Of a stretch of 64,000 nucleotides of DNA, positions 60,806 to 64,000 are shown piece by piece. Origin of the DNA: Vitrella brassicaformis CCMP3155 (taxonomy: Eukaryota; Protista; Chromerida); the NCBI GenBank assembly GCA_001179505.1, contig CDMY01000347.1, positions 62,001 through 126,000 of the forward strand, in the 5' to 3' direction. Each line of letters opens with the position of its first letter. Position 1 is the stretch's first letter. Made by a program: the position numbers and the translations under genes. The notes beneath the pieces were generated by a model that did no database searches, was not told where the DNA came from, and was given only the letters and a program-made list of their open reading frames with translations.

Positions 60806-61688
60806 ATGGTAAGCTTTGGACAGCTCACACAAAGATCAGGAGAAACCAAGATCGAAACGCAGCGAGGGCGGTGGAGGGAGGCAGGTGTCTGGTGGAGGCA
60901 GGACAGGAGGCAGGGGGAGGGAGGGAGGGAACAGGGGGAGAGGCAGCGAGGCAGATCCAGCGGCGCACACCGACAGACAGACACAGAGAGGCGGGCGGTC
61001 GTGGATGTGGGTGTGTTCTCGCTCTGGGAGTCTGTCACATGTACGGCGCTGCGGTTGTGTCGTGTGTGATGTGTGATGTGTTGTGTTGTGTTGTGTCCCC
61101 AGGTGAACATTCCGAAGACGCGCAACACTTTTTGTAAGCACCCCAAGTGCAATAAGCACACGCCGCACAAGGTGTCGCAGTACAAAAAGGGTGAGTAATA
61201 CGCTACACACACAGCACACAGAGCGACCACACCACACCACACCACACACGAAGGCGGACCTCTGTGTGTGACTGACTGACTGATGTGTCCTGTCTGTCTG
61301 TCTGTCTGTCTGTGTGTCAGGCAAGGAGTCTCGGTTTGCCCAGGGTAAGCGTCGGTACGACATGAAGCAGGCCGGCTTCGGAGGACAAACCAAACCCATC
61401 TTCCACAAAAAGGTAGGGAGGGATGCCATATGGCAGGCACGCAACACACACCCACACACATAGCCAGCCATTGATGGGGGGAGTGAGAGCGAGGGCGGCT
61501 CCACACATGTCTGTCTGTGCGTCCCTGTGTGTGTATGTGCGTCATCTCACCAGGCCAAGACGACCAAGAAGATAGTGTTGAAGTTGGAGTGCACCAAGTG
61601 CAAGGTGAAGCGGCTGCTGCCCATCAAGAGGTGCAAACACTTCGAGCTGGGCGGCGACAAGAAGAGCAGAGGAGGACCCATGTACTAG
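60806..61688 (+). CDS. RPL44: 60S ribosomal protein eL42 (L44/L36a)
   Basis: ATG-only first coding exon, then [73 protein letters not shown]. Pro is present at the cycloheximide-sensitivity position (TKPIF). Confidence 0.98.
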
Positions 61689-62113
61689 ACCAACCAGGCC
61701 GCGTCGTCAACCGACCAACCGAAGGGCGGGCTGTCTTGGTGTCACGCAGTGGGTCTGGGTGTGTGTGGTGGTGGTGGTGGTGTGCGTGGCCAATGTGAGA
61801 GGGAGTGCGTGGCCCAATACTGTCGTGCCGTGCGTGGTGCACAGTAGATGGGTGGATGTGGACGGACGGATGGACCTTTTGAATTATGCGACTTGGCCTG
61901 TGCGCCTGCGTGGCTGGCCGGGCCGCCCCCATGTGACGGTTGAATAAAGCTCGTTGCATGCCCGGGTTCATGAGTCATCACACCACCAGATCGTCTTATC
62001 CCTGTCTGTGGTGGCACACTTTTCGCGTTGAAACAGGGCTGGAAAGGCACATCGTACACATCAGATCAGCCACACACCAAATAAAGGGGCGAGGGCGTCC
62101 TCCCGTCCAGCCG

Positions 62114-64000
62114 TCATCTCAGTGGAGGGATGGTCATGTTGAACACAGCACCCTCAGCATTGTGCACACCGCAGAGGCCCCCAAGCTCCTCGCACTGCCG
62201 TGCCTCGGGCCGCCACTCGTACCACACCTCCATCCGCGACACATCCACGCGGCGACGCATCGACACGCTGACACACAGAAGAGCATGAGAGCAGCCACAC
62301 CGTCATGCGACTCGAGCACTTGTCTCACTCCCCGCCTGGCCTGATTGACCGCCAAGGTACCTGAGAGTGTCATTTTGTGAGAGCATGAGGGGGCGCACGA
62401 ATGGGACGAACAGCGGAGCGAACAGCTGCCCGATGACCGACTCCCCGGGGAGTGTGGACACACGGACGTCCTTGTAGAGGGTCGCTTTGAAGAACTTCGA
62501 GAGGCCGTGCACCACTGCAGCAACACTCATGGTGAAGTCACCCTGATTGATGAGACAGACACGCAGACACGGACAGGCGCACATTCACACACACAGGTGG
62601 TCGGTCACTTGACGACTGAGTGGATGTGTCGGCCAGCGCCACGCACCTGGAATGACCGCTCTCCCGCCTGAATGGTCGTGAAGGTGCTGTCAGGGTGGTG
62701 GAACGACCACACCTTCTCGACACGCACCTTGCCGGAGGATTCCCTGCATCAAGGAACGCAGCACATCCTCACTGGACTACAGCCGACGTGTGCCGCTCCT
62801 TCCTCTGCTGACACACCCTCCCGCCCACCTGGCAGGGAAGAACTGTGCCTTGCTGTGCACTAAAAAGGGCGTCTGCAACAGGTCCTGCGTCTGTGCCAGC
62901 CTCGTCCACAGGCGGGCGGTGCTGACGGGCGTCACGAAGGTGCTGTACTCGCTGGGGATGACCACACCATCGCGAGCCAACAGACTGCCGCCCTTCAAGG
63001 CAACTGATGCGCGCGATAGAGACAGACGACACACATCCGTCCCATTCATGTGTGTGGGTGAGTGGATGGTTTGCTAAGGCACCGTACCGTTGATGTATTC
63101 GGGTGAGTGGTGGTTTTCGGCGGGGGGGGCCACCAGCACGTGAGCCCTCTTGCCATGCGGCAGCGAAAATGTCCTCAGATCGCCTGGGGTGACCTTCACT
63201 TTGCGCCACATCAGGTCGCCAGCGCCGCTGACACGCTTCCTGAACACGAGGTGGGCATTGCATTCATCGCAGTGCCTTGTGGAAATGTGACCCTGTGTGT
63301 CTCTGTATGGGTACCTGAGTGCGTCGACTGCCTCGTCAGAGCCCTCAACCACATGAACATCCCACTTCTGCACAGTCACTCAGACAGAAGCAAGCTTGGC
63401 ACCTTTGTTAACAGAAGCAAAAGCGAAATCCGCATGTCAGTCAGATTGCACCTTGATCTTGGCCTTGCTGACGGCATTGAGCACCGACTGCACGAGAGCA
63501 CCGCGGCCTCCGCCGCTGACCTGATCCATCCATCCATCCATCCACGACAACAACACAAATGCACACACCGATGCCACGACTGTCTTTGCATCCTTAACTC
63601 ACCACAATGGTGGCGTCCAGGTGTCCGGCCACCAGTCGGTCCGAGAGGCATCGTGCGAGGGCCTCCTCGTACAGCATGTCGGTGGCGGGGTCGCTGTGGA
63701 AGTAATCGGCCGCTGACTCGTCAACCTGCTCAGGGATGGGCGCCAGTAGCGACACCAGCACGTCCTGATACAGAACGTCGAGAGCCCGCTCGACCTTCTC
63801 CGCCTGCACAACACCACAGGAGAGTGCATCCATGTTTCGGAGACCTCTGGTGTCTTTCCTCCCTCCCACCTTTGTGGCCGGCTGTCTCCTCTCCTCTTCT
63901 TGGGCAACCGTCTCAGCCACAGCCGAGCCACACTCGGCCAACAGACTCTGACCAGGGGAGCCGACAACTGGGTAGCCGTAGCCCTCTCCCTCATACTCGA
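62114..64000 (-). CDS. Divergent PRMT5-like protein, C-terminal part (5' end outside window), catalytic glutamates absent
   Basis: Co-linear with PRMT5: DYFHSDP..LYEEALARCLSDR, TIVVSGGGRGALV, HVVEGS, GDLR, VLVAPPAENHHSPE, DGVVIPSEYSTFVTP, VVHGLSKFFKATLYKDV, PLFVPFVRP, VWYEW, VHNAEG; stop at 62114. Confidence 0.8.

Noticed and set aside
1-64000. tRNA/rRNA/snRNA genes, CRISPR arrays, transposases
   Set aside because: GTTCGA-like hits have no cloverleaf context, there are no repeat-spacer arrays, and I saw no RT, integrase or DDE motifs. A tRNAscan/Infernal run would be needed to exclude small RNAs.

Overview
Eukaryotic genomic DNA: GC-rich and gene-dense, with many short GT-AG introns packed with (GT/CA)n, (GA/CT)n, (CCAT)n and (GACA)n microsatellites, and two 300-N scaffold gaps. 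Intron style, PAN/apple proteins, a BTB-TLDc gene and a Plasmodium-type AdoMetDC-ODC fusion suggest a chromerid alveolate such as Vitrella (inference). By hand-splicing exons in frame I support about 19 gene models: a secreted Pro/Gln-rich surface protein, a single-pass protein with two polysaccharide-pyruvyltransferase domains, TFIIA-gamma, two disabled paralogs of an orphan family, an orphan membrane protein, an atypical Ser/Thr kinase, a bifunctional AdoMetDC-ODC, a DUF6314-like protein, BTB-TLDc, a stand-alone NEURL4-type ADP-ribosyltransferase-fold protein, an orphan, COG8, an SLC10A7/BASS4-type transporter, LSm5, a large GH16-PAN-C-type-lectin receptor, a tandem-Tudor SPF30, eL42/RPL44 and a 5'-truncated PRMT5 paralog lacking its catalytic glutamates. 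Genes alternate strand almost perfectly, and most short head-to-head intergenic regions contain the 8-mer TGCGAGCT, a candidate bidirectional-promoter element. All family assignments come from motif recognition without database searches. Exon boundaries are hand-derived, and some start codons are uncertain.
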